DNA of 64,000 nt from an uncultured Gemmatimonadota bacterium (lineage in GTDB: Bacteria > SM23-81 > DAOVCL01). Positions 41,847 to 52,753 of this stretch are shown piece by piece. Where the stretch lies: contig CAZVGK010000014.1 in assembly GCA_964626665.1 (NCBI GenBank), forward strand, positions 14,926-78,925, read 5' to 3'. The number at the start of each line of letters is the position of its first letter. Positions within the stretch are counted from its first letter, which is position 1. The translations under genes and the position numbers were made by a program. The notes below the pieces were generated by a model. It was not told the origin of the DNA, searched no databases, and worked only from the letters and a program-made list of their open reading frames with translations.

Positions 41847-42801
41847 TTTCAACCTCCTTTTTCTTCTTATCTGTTGGCTCCTGAAAATAGACCAGGGCTT
41901 CCTCCTCATCCTTGGCTAGCTGGGCCAGTAGGTCCCTGGGGTGAGGAAAGGTCCTCTCCTCCCTAATCCGGCGATAGACCATCAGCTCCAACTCCAACCC
42001 ATAGAGGTTCTCCTCCTCACCTATGAGATATGCCTCCAACCTCCTCTCCCCTTCCCCAAAGGTAGGCCGATAACCCACATTCATCAAACCTATCCTCTCC
42101 CCTCCCTGAAAAAGTGCCTTAACTATATAGACCCCGTCCGGGGGGAGCAGCTTCCTGAAATAGGGAGAGAGGTTAGCCGTTGGGTAAAAGAGCTTCCTCC
42201 CCCTTCCGTCCCCTTCCACTACCTGGCCACTCAGAGGATAAGGATGGCCCAACATATCCAGGGCACCGGCAAAATCCCCCTCCTGGACTATCGTGTGGCG
42301 GATCCTGGTGCTGCTTATCGGGGAACCGGCATAATGCGATTTCCCCACCACCTTCACCCCAAATCCATACCTCTTCCCCATCTCCTGCAGGTAGTCGATC
42401 TTCCCCTTCCTCCCCTGACCAAAAGCATGGCTGGGGCCAACTACCACCTCCTTCGCCTGGAGGAAACCAACCAGGAACTTTTCCACAAAACCATCTGGCC
42501 CCCAGCGGCCGAACTCCGGGGTAAAGTCCACGACCAAACAGAGGTCCACCCCCAATTGCTCCAGTAACCGCAGCTTCTCCCGCTTGGTGGTGAGGATAAG
42601 GGGAGCGGTAGCTGGGTTCACCACCCATTGGGGATGGGGGTGAAAGGTGACCACTACGGCAGGACGGTGTTGCAGGCTGGCCCTACTTAATAGCTCACCG
42701 ATAACCCTTTGATGTCCCAGGTGGAGGCCATCAAATGTCCCTACCGTGACCACCGGGCCCGCGATTTGGGGCCTGTTGCCTGGATAGTTATATACTTCCA
42801 T
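41818..42801 (-). CDS. ribF: Bifunctional riboflavin kinase/FAD synthetase
   Basis: GTFDGLHLGH, ISSTRIR, PTAN. Confidence 0.96.
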   Translation of the reverse strand: MEVYNYPGNRPQIAGPVVTVGTFDGLHLGHQRVIGELLSRASLQHRPAVVVTFHPHPQWVVNPATAPLILTTKREKLRLLEQLGVDLCLVVDFTPEFGRWGPDGFVEKFLVGFLQAKEVVVGPSHAFGQGRKGKIDYLQEMGKRYGFGVKVVGKSHYAGSPISSTRIRHTIVQEGDFAGALDMLGHPYPLSGQVVEGDGRGRKLFYPTANLSPYFRKLLPPDGVYIVKALFQGGERIGLMNVGYRPTFGEGERRLEAYLIGEEENLYGLELELMVYRRIREERTFPHPRDLLAQLAKDEEEALVYFQEPTDKKKKEVEIALGEGTES

Positions 42802-43722
42802 TTAGGGGAAAACCCTCAGATAGGAGGCCTGGAAACTCACTTTCTCATCTATGTCAGCAGTGGCCATAAGGAGGGCTACCAGGTCTCCTCCTTCATCTAA
42901 GACCTTTATCCTCTCCCCCTTTCTTATCCCTGGAGAGAGGGACAAGACATCCTCAGGACGCAGGGGGAGGCCCGCCCTCAGCCGAGGCCGAGAGGAATTG
43001 CCTATCTGCACCAGCTTCCACTCAGGAAGGGCATCCCCCAGAGGGATGACGAAATCCTCCCACCTCTCCCTCTGGGCCAACCCCTTTATCCTCTCCGGGG
43101 GAAGGGAGTCCTCCAGCAAAAAGTTCTCAACCCTGGTGCGCACCAGTTGCACCAAATGCGCACCACACCCCAACCGTTCACCAATATCAGAGGCTAGAGA
43201 TCTGATATAGGTGCCAGAGGAACAGGTTACCTTTATCCCGACAAAGGGAGGAGCAAACCTGCGCAAGTTAATCTCCCTTATCCACACTCTTCTGGGTTTT
43301 GGATTAACTTCCACCCCCCTTCGGGCTAAATCATAGAGCCTCTTCCCCCCCTGCCTCAGGGCAGAAAATCGGGGTGGCCTCTGCCATACTTCCCCCACAA
43401 ATCCAGCAACAACCTCCTCCACCCTCTTCCTTCTGAGATCAGCAAATGGAGCCTCGGCGATTATCCTTCCTGTAAGATCACCGGTCTCCGTGCTCTGACC
43501 CAGTTTAAGAAGGGCCTCATACTCCTTTTCCCCCTGCAGGTAGGGAAAAAGCTTGGTGGCCTGACCAAAAAACACGAGCAAAACCCCTTGAGCAAAGGGG
43601 TCCAGGGTTCCGGCATGACCCACCTTGGTGGTACCCAGAAGAGGCTTCATATAGGCACAGACATCATAGGAGGTCCAACCCCTGGGCTTATCCACATTAA
43701 GCAGGCCAGCTTGCGGCCTCAA
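42802..43722 (-). CDS. truB: tRNA pseudouridine(55) synthase
   Basis: GHAGTLDP, GTYIRSL. Confidence 0.97.
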   Translation of the reverse strand: MRPQAGLLNVDKPRGWTSYDVCAYMKPLLGTTKVGHAGTLDPFAQGVLLVFFGQATKLFPYLQGEKEYEALLKLGQSTETGDLTGRIIAEAPFADLRRKRVEEVVAGFVGEVWQRPPRFSALRQGGKRLYDLARRGVEVNPKPRRVWIREINLRRFAPPFVGIKVTCSSGTYIRSLASDIGERLGCGAHLVQLVRTRVENFLLEDSLPPERIKGLAQRERWEDFVIPLGDALPEWKLVQIGNSSRPRLRAGLPLRPEDVLSLSPGIRKGERIKVLDEGGDLVALLMATADIDEKVSFQASYLRVFP

Positions 43723-44066
43723 CCCCCTCCCTCTACCTGGTGCAAGAGGTCCAAAATGTGTGTTCCATACTCTATGGAATCGTCAAAGACAAAACTGATT
43801 TGTGGGGTATATTTCAGCTTAATCCTTCTTCCCAACTGAGCTTGCACCCAACTCCTTGCCCGCTGCAACCCCTTAATGGCCGCCCGATGTTGGGCCGCAT
43901 CGCCCAGGACGCTGAAATAGACCTTTGCATATCTGAGGTCAGGGGTAACCTTGACCTCGGTCAGGGTGACCAGGCCAATGGAGCGATCCTTAAGCCCGTT
44001 TTCGATTATATCGCTGATCTCCTCCTTGAGGAGATTTTCTACCCTTTGACATCGTCTACTTGACAT
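43719..44066 (-). CDS. rbfA: Ribosome-binding factor A
   Basis: VTPDLRYAKVY, LKYTPQI. Confidence 0.95.
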   Translation of the reverse strand: MSSRRCQRVENLLKEEISDIIENGLKDRSIGLVTLTEVKVTPDLRYAKVYFSVLGDAAQHRAAIKGLQRARSWVQAQLGRRIKLKYTPQISFVFDDSIEYGTHILDLLHQVEGGG

Positions 44067-44348
44067 CTATCGCAGTTCGATTGTGGAGCGTAAGATCTGG
44101 ATCCTCCCCTCTTCCTCTAAGGAACTCTCCACCCGCGAGAGGATGGGGTAGACCCAATTAGCTTGGGTGGAAAGAAAGGCTATCCCCAAAGTAGCCCTCT
44201 GCCAAAGATTGTGGTCATCCAGTTCACAGATGGAGACATTAAACCTTCTCCTTAGCTTATCCTTTAATCCCTTAATTACCTGCCTCTTGGCCTTTAGGGA
44301 CTGACTTTGGGGAATGTAGATATCCAGTCTCAATACCCCCACAACCAT
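44067..44348 (-). CDS. DUF503 (YlxP-like) protein
   Basis: SLKAKR, RFNVS, LWQR; lies between infB and rbfA. Confidence 0.9.
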   Translation of the reverse strand: MVVGVLRLDIYIPQSQSLKAKRQVIKGLKDKLRRRFNVSICELDDHNLWQRATLGIAFLSTQANWVYPILSRVESSLEEEGRIQILRSTIELR

Positions 44349-44351
44349 CTC

Positions 44352-46538
44352 TCAAAGCTTCCTCTTGGCCTCCCTCTCCTCGTAGGCCTCTAAGAGGTCC
44401 CCTGCCCTGATGTCGTTGAGGCCCTCGACCTTGATGCCACATTCAAAGCCGGAGCTCACCTCCTTGACATCCTCCTTAAACCTATGCAAAGAGGAGATCT
44501 CCCCGTCAAAGACTAACTCCCCACCCCTTTTCACCCGCACCTTACAGCCCCTTTTCACCGCCCCCTCCTTCACCCATGAGCCGGCAACGGTTCCCAACTT
44601 GGAGGAGTGAAAAATCACCCGCACTTCTGCTAAGCCAATGGGGATCTCGATCTTCTCCGGCTCTAACAGTCCCTCCAGGGCCGCTTTGACATCCTCCTCC
44701 GCTTCATAGATGACATCGTAATATCTCACATCCACCCCTTCCTTGGCCGCTAGTTCCACAGCCCGCAGGTCAGCGTGCACATGAAAGCCAATGACCACGG
44801 CCTCTGAGGCCGCAGCCAGGAGGATATCGGAGGTACTAATCGTCCCCACCCCCCGGTGGATCACCCCCACCTTAACCTCTGGGGTGGAGAGCCTCTCCAA
44901 GACATCGCTTAAGGCCCCCACCGAGCCATCCACATCCCCTTTAATGATTATCCTCAGTTCCTTTATCTGCCCGGTCTTGATGTAATCGTAAACATCGGTT
45001 AAGCCCACCTTCCGCGTCCTCCTATAAGCCTCCTCCCGGTGGAGCTGTTGCCTCTTTAGGCTGATCTCCTTGGCTTTCCTCTCATCGAGGACCACATGAA
45101 AGGAATCACCGGCCTGGGGCAGGCCCTCCAAGCCCAGGACCTTTACGGGAGTGGCCGGGGGCACCTCCTTAGGCCTCTCTCCCCGGCCATCGATCAGCGC
45201 CCTCACCTTCCCCCAGATCATTCCACAGATAAAGGAGTCGCCCAAGTGTAAGGTCCCGTTCTGCACCAGGACGGTGGCCACTGGCCCTCTTCCCAAGTCC
45301 AACCTGGACTCCACCACCACCCCTGTGGCCCGTAGGTGGGGATCGGCCTTCAGCTCCATTAGATCAGCTTGCAGCAGGAGCATCTCCAAAAGCTTGTCCA
45401 CCCCCTGCCCGGTCTTGGCTGAGATCTCCACCGCTACAGCCCTCCCCCCCCACTCCTCAACTATCAGACCAAGCTCGGAGAGCTGTCTCTTCACCCTATC
45501 CGCACTAGCCCGGGGTAGGTCCATCTTGTTAATGGCCACCACTATAGGAACCCCCGCGGCCTGGGCATGGTCAATGGCCTCCACAGTTTGGGGCTTAACC
45601 CCATCATCGGCAGCCACCACCAAGACCACGAGGTCGGTTATCTGAGTCCCGCGGGCCCGCATTGCGGTGAAGGCCTCATGCCCCGGCGTATCCAGGAAGA
45701 CTATCTTCCCCTTGGGCAGTTCCACCTCATAGGCCCCAATGTGCTGGGTTATTCCCCCTGACTCCCCGGCAATGATATTGCTCTCCCTGATATAATCCAA
45801 GAGAGAGGTCTTTCCATGGTCCACATGGCCCATAATGGTCACCACCGGGGCCCGCGGCTCCTCCTCACCGGAAGGAGCCTCCTCCCCCTCCTCCAGAAGA
45901 TCTAACCCATACTCGGCCATCTGCCTCACCTGAAAGCCGAATTCATCGGCCATCATCTCAATGGTCTCTATATCCAACCGCTCATTGATGGTGACCAGAA
46001 GGCCCATCTCCATACATTTGCTGATCACATCAGTAGATTTAACCTCCATCTGGGCGGCCAACTCGGCCACGGAGATAAACTCTGAGACCCTCACTTCCTT
46101 AAGCTTCTCTCCGGTGGCCGCCGCAGCCTCGTGGTGTCTCCTCTTCCTCTTGGGGAGTTTGGAGGTCATCTCGGTCAACGTCCTCTTTACATTCTCGGCA
46201 ACTATCTTTTGGTCCACCTTTCTCTTTCTGACTACTTTCCTGCCCCGCCGCGGACCAGCCCGAAAGACTGGTTTTCCCTTCCCCTTCTTCTTTACCGCCT
46301 TTTTAGACTCCTCCTTGCTCTTGCGGGCTTCTATCAGTTTCCTCTTCCGCTTGTATTCCTTCTTAACTGCCTCTTTCTCCTCGCTAAACCTCCTCTCTAC
46401 CGCTTCCAGCATATCCTCACTGACTAAGCTCATTGGGCTCTTTACCCTAAAATCCAGCTCATGAAGGATGTTGAGAAGGGCTTCACTGGAGACATCATAC
46501 TTTCTGGCAATCTCATATACCCTTTTATCCTGCGCCAA
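44352..46538 (-). CDS. infB: Translation initiation factor IF-2
   Basis: GHVDHGKT, DTPGHEAF, NKMD. Confidence 0.98.
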   Translation of the reverse strand: MAQDKRVYEIARKYDVSSEALLNILHELDFRVKSPMSLVSEDMLEAVERRFSEEKEAVKKEYKRKRKLIEARKSKEESKKAVKKKGKGKPVFRAGPRRGRKVVRKRKVDQKIVAENVKRTLTEMTSKLPKRKRRHHEAAAATGEKLKEVRVSEFISVAELAAQMEVKSTDVISKCMEMGLLVTINERLDIETIEMMADEFGFQVRQMAEYGLDLLEEGEEAPSGEEEPRAPVVTIMGHVDHGKTSLLDYIRESNIIAGESGGITQHIGAYEVELPKGKIVFLDTPGHEAFTAMRARGTQITDLVVLVVAADDGVKPQTVEAIDHAQAAGVPIVVAINKMDLPRASADRVKRQLSELGLIVEEWGGRAVAVEISAKTGQGVDKLLEMLLLQADLMELKADPHLRATGVVVESRLDLGRGPVATVLVQNGTLHLGDSFICGMIWGKVRALIDGRGERPKEVPPATPVKVLGLEGLPQAGDSFHVVLDERKAKEISLKRQQLHREEAYRRTRKVGLTDVYDYIKTGQIKELRIIIKGDVDGSVGALSDVLERLSTPEVKVGVIHRGVGTISTSDILLAAASEAVVIGFHVHADLRAVELAAKEGVDVRYYDVIYEAEEDVKAALEGLLEPEKIEIPIGLAEVRVIFHSSKLGTVAGSWVKEGAVKRGCKVRVKRGGELVFDGEISSLHRFKEDVKEVSSGFECGIKVEGLNDIRAGDLLEAYEEREAKRKL

Positions 46539-46558
46539 TTTGCCCTGCCTCCTTTTCC

Positions 46559-47806
46559 CTATTCCTTAGCTAATTCCGCCACCCGAGCCAGAATCGTCCC
46601 TGCCCGCTTAGGGCCAATCCCCGGAATAGCGGTCAGTTCCTCGGGCTTTCTGCTGCGTAGGTCGAACAAGCTCTCTATTCCTTTTGAACTTAGCTTCTCC
46701 ACAAGCTTAGGCCCTAACCCAGGAAGTTGCCCAACCCCCATAGCGGAGAGCCGTTCCTTCTCTATGAGCTGTCGGTAGCGGGTGTTGCTGAGGATATCTA
46801 TCTTCCATCCGGTGAGCTTAGCCGCCAACCGCGCGTTCTGGCCGGACTTGCCTATGGCCAAGGAGAGTTGATCATCATCAACCACCGCCCTCACCTTGTT
46901 CTCCCCTGAATAGACATCGGCATGCCTGATCTTTGCCGGGCTCAAGCTGTTGCTCACGAAGATAGCCGGATCAGAGCTCCAATGGACGATGTCGATCCTT
47001 TCATTTTCCAACTCCCTGACCACATTTTGCACCCGGGAACCCTTTACCCCCACACAGGCCCCCACAGGGTCGATCCTGCTATCGGCAGAAACCACAGCTA
47101 TCTTTGAGCGGCTGCCGGGCTCCCTGGCCACTGCCTTTATCTCCACGATCTTCTCATAGATCTCCGGAACCTCTAATTCGAAGAGTTTCACTAAAAATCC
47201 CGGGGCGGTCCGGGAAAGCTTTATCTGGGGTCCCCTGGAGGATTTTTGCACATCCAGCACATAGCTGCGGATAGTATTCCCCTGTCTATACCTCTCCTTC
47301 TTTATCTGCTCGGAAGGAGGAATTATTCCCTCGCTGCGCCCCAAGTTGACAACTATCGTCCCCCTATCCAACTGCTGCACGGTTCCCGTGACTATCTCCC
47401 CCACCTTAGACTGGTAGTCCTCAAAAACCTTGTCCCTCTCTGCCTCCCTGATCCGTTGCATAAGCGCCTGCTTGGCCGCCAAAATGGCATTTCTCCCAAA
47501 ATCGGAAAGGGAGAGTTCCACCCTCACCTCCCCTCCCAACTCGGCCTGTGGATCTATCTCCTTGGCCTCCGGCAGGGATAACTGCAGGTTGGGCTTTTGC
47601 ACCGCCTCTACCACCTTTTTGAGGGCAAAGATCTCTATCTGGCCATTGTTCTGGTTGACATTTACCTCGATGTTCTCCGAGCTACCATATGTCTTCTTGG
47701 CTGCCAAAAGGAGACCGGCCTTCAGGGTCTCCAAGACCAGGCCCATATCTATACTCTTCTCCCTGGTTATCTGCCCCAGGGCATCCGCTATCTTTAGGTT
47801 GGACAT
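46559..47806 (-). CDS. nusA: Transcription factor NusA
   Basis: REPGSRSKIAV, DPVGACVG, AIGKSGQN, C-terminal HhH. Confidence 0.98.
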   Translation of the reverse strand: MSNLKIADALGQITREKSIDMGLVLETLKAGLLLAAKKTYGSSENIEVNVNQNNGQIEIFALKKVVEAVQKPNLQLSLPEAKEIDPQAELGGEVRVELSLSDFGRNAILAAKQALMQRIREAERDKVFEDYQSKVGEIVTGTVQQLDRGTIVVNLGRSEGIIPPSEQIKKERYRQGNTIRSYVLDVQKSSRGPQIKLSRTAPGFLVKLFELEVPEIYEKIVEIKAVAREPGSRSKIAVVSADSRIDPVGACVGVKGSRVQNVVRELENERIDIVHWSSDPAIFVSNSLSPAKIRHADVYSGENKVRAVVDDDQLSLAIGKSGQNARLAAKLTGWKIDILSNTRYRQLIEKERLSAMGVGQLPGLGPKLVEKLSSKGIESLFDLRSRKPEELTAIPGIGPKRAGTILARVAELAKE

Positions 47807-48256
47807 TTAAATCTTCACCTCTAACTTAGCCCTGGCTATCTCCTCCCAGGGCAAGAGTTTATCCTTATCCTCCACAATGAGGAGAAGTCCTGCAGGGAAC
47901 GTAGCGGCAATCCTTCCCCGCCAGACCTGCCTTCCCTCGTAGGGTCGATGTAGGCTCACCTGCACCTCTTCCCCGATATTTCTCTCAAAATCAGCTGGCT
48001 TGGTGAGAGGACGATCCAATCCGGGAGAGGAGATCTCCAAAATATATGATCCGGGCAGGGGATCCTCAGTGTCCAAAAGATCGGAGAGGCTCCTGCTCAC
48101 CCGAACACAATCGGCCAGGCTGACCCCCCCTGGCTTGTGGATAAGCACCTTTAAGAATTTTCTCCCCACGCCCCAGAGCTTAACCTCCACCGCCTGAAAA
48201 CCCAGGCTCTCCACCCGGGAGCTAACCAACCCCCTCACCCTCTCCCCCAAGTTCAT
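47807..48256 (-). CDS. rimP: Ribosome maturation factor RimP
   Basis: YILEISSPGLDRPL; probable start MNLG. Confidence 0.94.
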   Translation of the reverse strand: MNLGERVRGLVSSRVESLGFQAVEVKLWGVGRKFLKVLIHKPGGVSLADCVRVSRSLSDLLDTEDPLPGSYILEISSPGLDRPLTKPADFERNIGEEVQVSLHRPYEGRQVWRGRIAATFPAGLLLIVEDKDKLLPWEEIARAKLEVKI

Positions 48257-48270
48257 CAGACCTCCATACC

Positions 48271-48333
48271 AAAAAAGTGGGCATCCACCCACTCCTTAGA
48301 GAGGAATATACTAAATATTGCCAAGTTAGGCAA
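48271..48333 (-). promoter_or_regulatory. rimP operon promoter and leader hairpin
   Basis: TTGCCT-N17-TATATT followed by GAGTGGG-TGGATG-CCCACTTTTTT, like known rimP leaders. Confidence 0.6.
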
Positions 48334-48370
48334 GGTTTTTTTTCCAAAGCTGATTTGGACCCTGAAAGGG

Positions 48371-48556
48371 CTAAGCCTGGTTCCTCTTCAGCCTCCTCCT
48401 GGCATCCATCATCCTCCTCCTCCTCTCCTCACTTGGCTTCTGGTAAAATCTCCTCTCCTTCAGCCCCCGCAGTATCCCCTCCCTCTGACAAAGGTGGCGA
48501 AACCTCCGCAAGGCCCTTTCAAAGGGCTCATTATCCCTAACTTTAACTTGAACCAA
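48371..48556 (-). CDS. rpsU: 30S ribosomal protein S21
   Basis: EPFERALRRF, FYQKPS. Confidence 0.94.
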   Translation of the reverse strand: MVQVKVRDNEPFERALRRFRHLCQREGILRGLKERRFYQKPSEERRRRMMDARRRLKRNQA

Positions 48557-48591
48557 ATGGATCAGCTCCTTATTTTATAAGGTTTGAAAGC

Positions 48592-48620
48592 AATATAAAC
48601 CTAATTTTATCGCTTGTCAA
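48592..48620 (-). promoter_or_regulatory. sigma70-like promoter of rpsU
   Basis: TTGACA-N17-TATATT. Confidence 0.75.
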
Positions 48621-49552
48621 CAGATTTCTCTAGCCTCCCGATAAAGGGCAACAATCGCTCTTTCAGCCTCCTCCATCCCCCCTGCCACATTTAGCCAATG
48701 GATTCCCTCTTCCCCTCTAAACCAGGTAAGCTGCTGTTTGGCATACCTGCGGGTCCTCTGTTTGATAAGCTCCTTGGCCTTCTGCAGGGTCATCTCCCTC
48801 CTCAGGTAGGAGATTATCTCCTGATAGCCAGGGGAGCGCAGGGGATTAAGCTGCGGGGAGTAACCCCTATTCAGCAAATCCTTCACCTCCTCCACTAAAC
48901 CCTGGGCAACCATCTCCTCCACCCTCTGATCAATGAGCCCATAGAGCCTCCTTCTCTCCATCTCCAGGCCGATCTTCAAGGGGATAAATTTAGCCCTGCT
49001 ATATGCCCCCTCCGCTTGCAGCCGCGAGAGGGGACGGTGGGTGCTCAGCCAGACCTCCAAAGCCCGCACCGTCCTCACCAAATCCCGCGGGGAGATCCTC
49101 GCGGCCCCTGGAGGATCAACCCTAAGGAGAATTTTGTGTAAGGCCTCCCTCCCCTTTCTCTCCGCAAACCTGATCAACCTCTCCCTTATCCAAGGGGAAG
49201 CGGGTAGGCCAGCCACCAGCCCCTCGAGCAGAGCCCTAATGTAAAATCCACATCCCCCCACAACCACGGGAACCCTTCCCCTGCGGAGAATGGAATCTAT
49301 AACCTCCCTGGCTAACTGGGCGTAAAGGAAGGCGTTAAATGGCTGATCAGGGGCCAGGATGTCCAGGAGGTGATGGGGGACAGCCTTTCTATATTCCTGG
49401 GAGGGTTTTGCCGTCCCTATATCCATCAACCTGTAGATCTGGCGGGAGTCTGCAGAGACGATCTCCCCACCCAAGATTAAGGCTATCCTATATCCCAGTT
49501 CGCTCTTCCCGCTGGCCGTGGGGCCCAGGATTAGGGGGACAACCCCATTCAC
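48617..49552 (-). CDS. miaA: tRNA dimethylallyltransferase
   Basis: GPTASGKS, DSRQIY, DIGTAKP. Confidence 0.97.
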   Translation of the reverse strand: MNGVVPLILGPTASGKSELGYRIALILGGEIVSADSRQIYRLMDIGTAKPSQEYRKAVPHHLLDILAPDQPFNAFLYAQLAREVIDSILRRGRVPVVVGGCGFYIRALLEGLVAGLPASPWIRERLIRFAERKGREALHKILLRVDPPGAARISPRDLVRTVRALEVWLSTHRPLSRLQAEGAYSRAKFIPLKIGLEMERRRLYGLIDQRVEEMVAQGLVEEVKDLLNRGYSPQLNPLRSPGYQEIISYLRREMTLQKAKELIKQRTRRYAKQQLTWFRGEEGIHWLNVAGGMEEAERAIVALYREAREIC

Positions 49553-51246
49553 CTCCCGAACCTTCTCCCCAACTCCTGGAGGGTAAGCTTAATCAGGGTG
49601 GGCCTGCCATGTGGACAGAAATAGGGGGTCTGGGTGGCGAAGAGACTGTCGAAGAGGTTGCTCATCTCCTCCGGAGTAAGTTTATCCCCGGCTTTAATCG
49701 CCCCATGACAGGCATATGATTTGGCAAATTCATCCTTCCCCCTTGCCTTACCCTCTTCCCGCAACTGATCCAAGATCCCCTTAACCAATTCTCCCCCACC
49801 CCGGTTCTTGGCCCCGGCCGGAACGGCCTCGATAAGCAGGGACCGACCACCAAAGGGCCTCAGCTCAAAGCCCAGCTTACGGAAATCCTCCTGATGTTCC
49901 TCCCAGAGGGAGTATTCCACCTGAGTTAGCTCTATATTTTGCGGGAAGAGGAGCCTCTGACCAATAGCCCTCCCTTGCTCTAAATTCCGCAGGGCTTTCT
50001 CATAGAGCACCCTCTCGTGAGCGGCATGCTGGTCCATAATGAGCAGCCCCCCTTTGATCTCGGTGATGATATAGAGGTTGTGAACTTGCCAGAAGTTGAT
50101 GAGCGGCCCTCTGCGGGCCTCCTCCCTTGGTGGGGCAAACCCTCCATCCCCAGAGGGCAGCTTCAGGGTCTCCTGGGTAGAGCGGCGCTCAAGGTAATCA
50201 GCCATGGCCTCCTCAACCCGCCTCCCTCTGGGGAGGGAAGGGGTAAATGAGCCCTTTCCCAGGGAAGCCTTTACCGCCCGCGCCAAGGTGTCATGGACCC
50301 AACTGCTATTGGAGAATTTAACCTCCTTCTTTGTGGGATGGACATTGACATCCACCAACTTAGGGTCAACCTCCAAGAAGATAACGGCCAGGGGATAACT
50401 GCCGGGGAGAAGGAGATCCCCATAACCCTGCAGCAGGGAATGGCTGAGTAGCTTGCTGACAATTGATCTTCCGTTAACAAAGAACCTCTGATGCCTCCCT
50501 GATGTGCGGGAGGCCTTGGGCAGGGAGATAAAACCCTCTATTTTGAGATCCTCTTCCTGATAAACGATGGTCAACATATCCCCTCCATACCTTGCCCCCC
50601 ATATTCCCTCTACCCTCTCCCTTTTCCCCTTAGCCGAGGGATAGTTGAAGACCTCCCTTCCATCTTGCACAAACCTAAAGGATAATTGCGGATAGGCAAG
50701 GAGGAAGTTATGAAGCAGATCGGCAATCTGTCTATATTCTGAGCTAATGCTGCTCAGGAATTTCCTGCGGGCAGGTATATTGAAGAAAAGGTTCCGCACC
50801 GTTACGGAGGTCCCCTCAGGGGCGCCCACCTCCTGCACCCCTTGGACCTCCCCCCCCACCACCTCTACCAATGTTCCCGAGACTCCCTTGTGGGGCTTGG
50901 TCACCAGGATCACCTGGGAGACAGAGGCTATGCTGGGGAGTGCCTCCCCCCGAAAGCCCAAGGTGGAGATGGACCAGAGGTCGTCAGAGGAGGAGATCTT
51001 GGATGTGGCATACCTGTGGAAGGCCAAAGGGGCATCCTCTCCCTCCATTCCCACCCCATCATCGCGCACCTTAATCAACTCTCTCCCTCCACCCTTTATC
51101 TCCACCTCTATTCCCCTGGCTCCCGCATCTATGGAGTTATCCACCAACTCCTTAACCACGGAGGCCGGGCGTTCGATCACCTCCCCAGCGGCGATCTTCT
51201 GCACCAAATCGGGGGGGAGAAGTCTTATCTTCCTGTCCATATCCAT
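49549..51246 (-). CDS. mutL: DNA mismatch repair endonuclease MutL
   Basis: IAAGEVIERP, GFRGEAL, DQHAAHER, CPHGRP. Confidence 0.98.
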   Translation of the reverse strand: MDMDRKIRLLPPDLVQKIAAGEVIERPASVVKELVDNSIDAGARGIEVEIKGGGRELIKVRDDGVGMEGEDAPLAFHRYATSKISSSDDLWSISTLGFRGEALPSIASVSQVILVTKPHKGVSGTLVEVVGGEVQGVQEVGAPEGTSVTVRNLFFNIPARRKFLSSISSEYRQIADLLHNFLLAYPQLSFRFVQDGREVFNYPSAKGKRERVEGIWGARYGGDMLTIVYQEEDLKIEGFISLPKASRTSGRHQRFFVNGRSIVSKLLSHSLLQGYGDLLLPGSYPLAVIFLEVDPKLVDVNVHPTKKEVKFSNSSWVHDTLARAVKASLGKGSFTPSLPRGRRVEEAMADYLERRSTQETLKLPSGDGGFAPPREEARRGPLINFWQVHNLYIITEIKGGLLIMDQHAAHERVLYEKALRNLEQGRAIGQRLLFPQNIELTQVEYSLWEEHQEDFRKLGFELRPFGGRSLLIEAVPAGAKNRGGGELVKGILDQLREEGKARGKDEFAKSYACHGAIKAGDKLTPEEMSNLFDSLFATQTPYFCPHGRPTLIKLTLQELGRRFGR

Positions 51247-51360
51247 CAGCAAATCCTATTCCCACATAAACAACTGCCCCCTGAGAGATGTCAACGATGC
51301 CAGACAGAGGGTCTATATTCCAACGAAGCTTCAGGTTTCAAAAAGGAGATTTTTACCCCA

Positions 51361-52749
51361 TCAAGGTAAACTTCCTTCCTCCTCTACGGTTGATTCCTCC
51401 TCCACAAAGGCTGGATTCTCAAATTTAGCATATTCGTCGATGAAAGCCAGCTTGACGCTTCCCGTAGGCCCATTCCGTTGTTTGCCGATTATTATCTCCG
51501 CTATCCCCTGTAAGGGATTTCCCTTCCTATCCTGGAGGATGCCATAAACCTCAGGCCTGTAGATGAAGAGAACCAGATCAGCATCCTGTTCAATGGCCCC
51601 AGATTCCCTGAGATCGGACAATTGGGGTCGGTGTTCTTTCCCCCTGACCTCCACCTGGCGGGAGAGCTGGGAAAGGGCCACAACAGGCACATCCAACTCC
51701 TTGGCCAGCCCCTTGAGGGAACGACAGATAGTCGATATCTCTTGCTGGCGGTTCTCCGCTCCCTTGGGCCCTTGCATAAGTTGCAGATAGTCCAAGATCA
51801 CCATCCCGATGTTCTGAGAGGACTTCAGCCTCCTGGCCTTAGCCCGCATCTCCAACACCCCAATAGCCGGGGTATCGTCAATAAACAGGGGGGCCTCGGA
51901 GAGGGGTCCCACAGCTATGGAGAGCCTGGGCCAATCCCTGTTGGGCAACCTTCCGGTGCGCAACAGGTGGGAGTCCACCCTGGCCTCCGAACAGAGCATC
52001 CTCTGCACCAACTGGCTCTTAGACATCTCCAGGCTGAATATGGCCACCGGAAGCTTCTCCTTGATGGCCACATATTGGGCTATGGAGAGGGAAAGGGCCG
52101 TCTTGCCCATTGAGGGACGGCCGGCGATGATCACCAAGTCTGATTTCTGGAAGCCCGAGGTCAGGGAATCCAATTCCTTGAAGCCAGAAGGGATGCCGGT
52201 GACAAATCCCTCCCTCTTATGAAACTCCTCTATAGCCTCAAAGGTATGGGGAAGAATCTCTCCTATATGCACAAATCCTCCCCTCATCCGGCTTTCCGAG
52301 AGGTTGAATATCTGCTGTTCGGCCTTGTCTAAGAGGCTATCAGCCTCCACCTGAGGTTGGTAGCACTCGGTTACTATCCCCGTGGAAACATCAGCCAGCT
52401 TCCTTAATGTAGCCTTCTCCAAAACGATGCGGGCATAGTATTCTAAGTTGGCCGCAGTAGGGGTGGATTCTAAGAGGCCCATCAGGTAGACCCTCCCCCC
52501 TATTTCTTTCAACTTCCTTCTCTTCTTCAACTCCTGAGTGAGGGTGATCAGATCCACAGGCTTGTTCGCATCATAGAGGCCCACTATGGCCTGGAATATC
52601 TGCTGATGTTCCACTCGATAAAAGCAGCTCTCGTCGAGCAGCTCCACCGCCTTCCCTATGGCCTCCTTGCTCAAAAGCATAGACCCCAACACCGACTGTT
52701 CCGCCTCCACCGCCTGGGGAGGCAACCTCTCTCCACTTGGCTCAATCAT
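51361..52749 (-). CDS. dnaB: Replicative DNA helicase
   Basis: GRPSMGKT, DYLQL, LRESGAIEQDAD; no intein. Confidence 0.98.
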   Translation of the reverse strand: MIEPSGERLPPQAVEAEQSVLGSMLLSKEAIGKAVELLDESCFYRVEHQQIFQAIVGLYDANKPVDLITLTQELKKRRKLKEIGGRVYLMGLLESTPTAANLEYYARIVLEKATLRKLADVSTGIVTECYQPQVEADSLLDKAEQQIFNLSESRMRGGFVHIGEILPHTFEAIEEFHKREGFVTGIPSGFKELDSLTSGFQKSDLVIIAGRPSMGKTALSLSIAQYVAIKEKLPVAIFSLEMSKSQLVQRMLCSEARVDSHLLRTGRLPNRDWPRLSIAVGPLSEAPLFIDDTPAIGVLEMRAKARRLKSSQNIGMVILDYLQLMQGPKGAENRQQEISTICRSLKGLAKELDVPVVALSQLSRQVEVRGKEHRPQLSDLRESGAIEQDADLVLFIYRPEVYGILQDRKGNPLQGIAEIIIGKQRNGPTGSVKLAFIDEYAKFENPAFVEEESTVEEEGSLP

Positions 52750-52753
52750 CCAA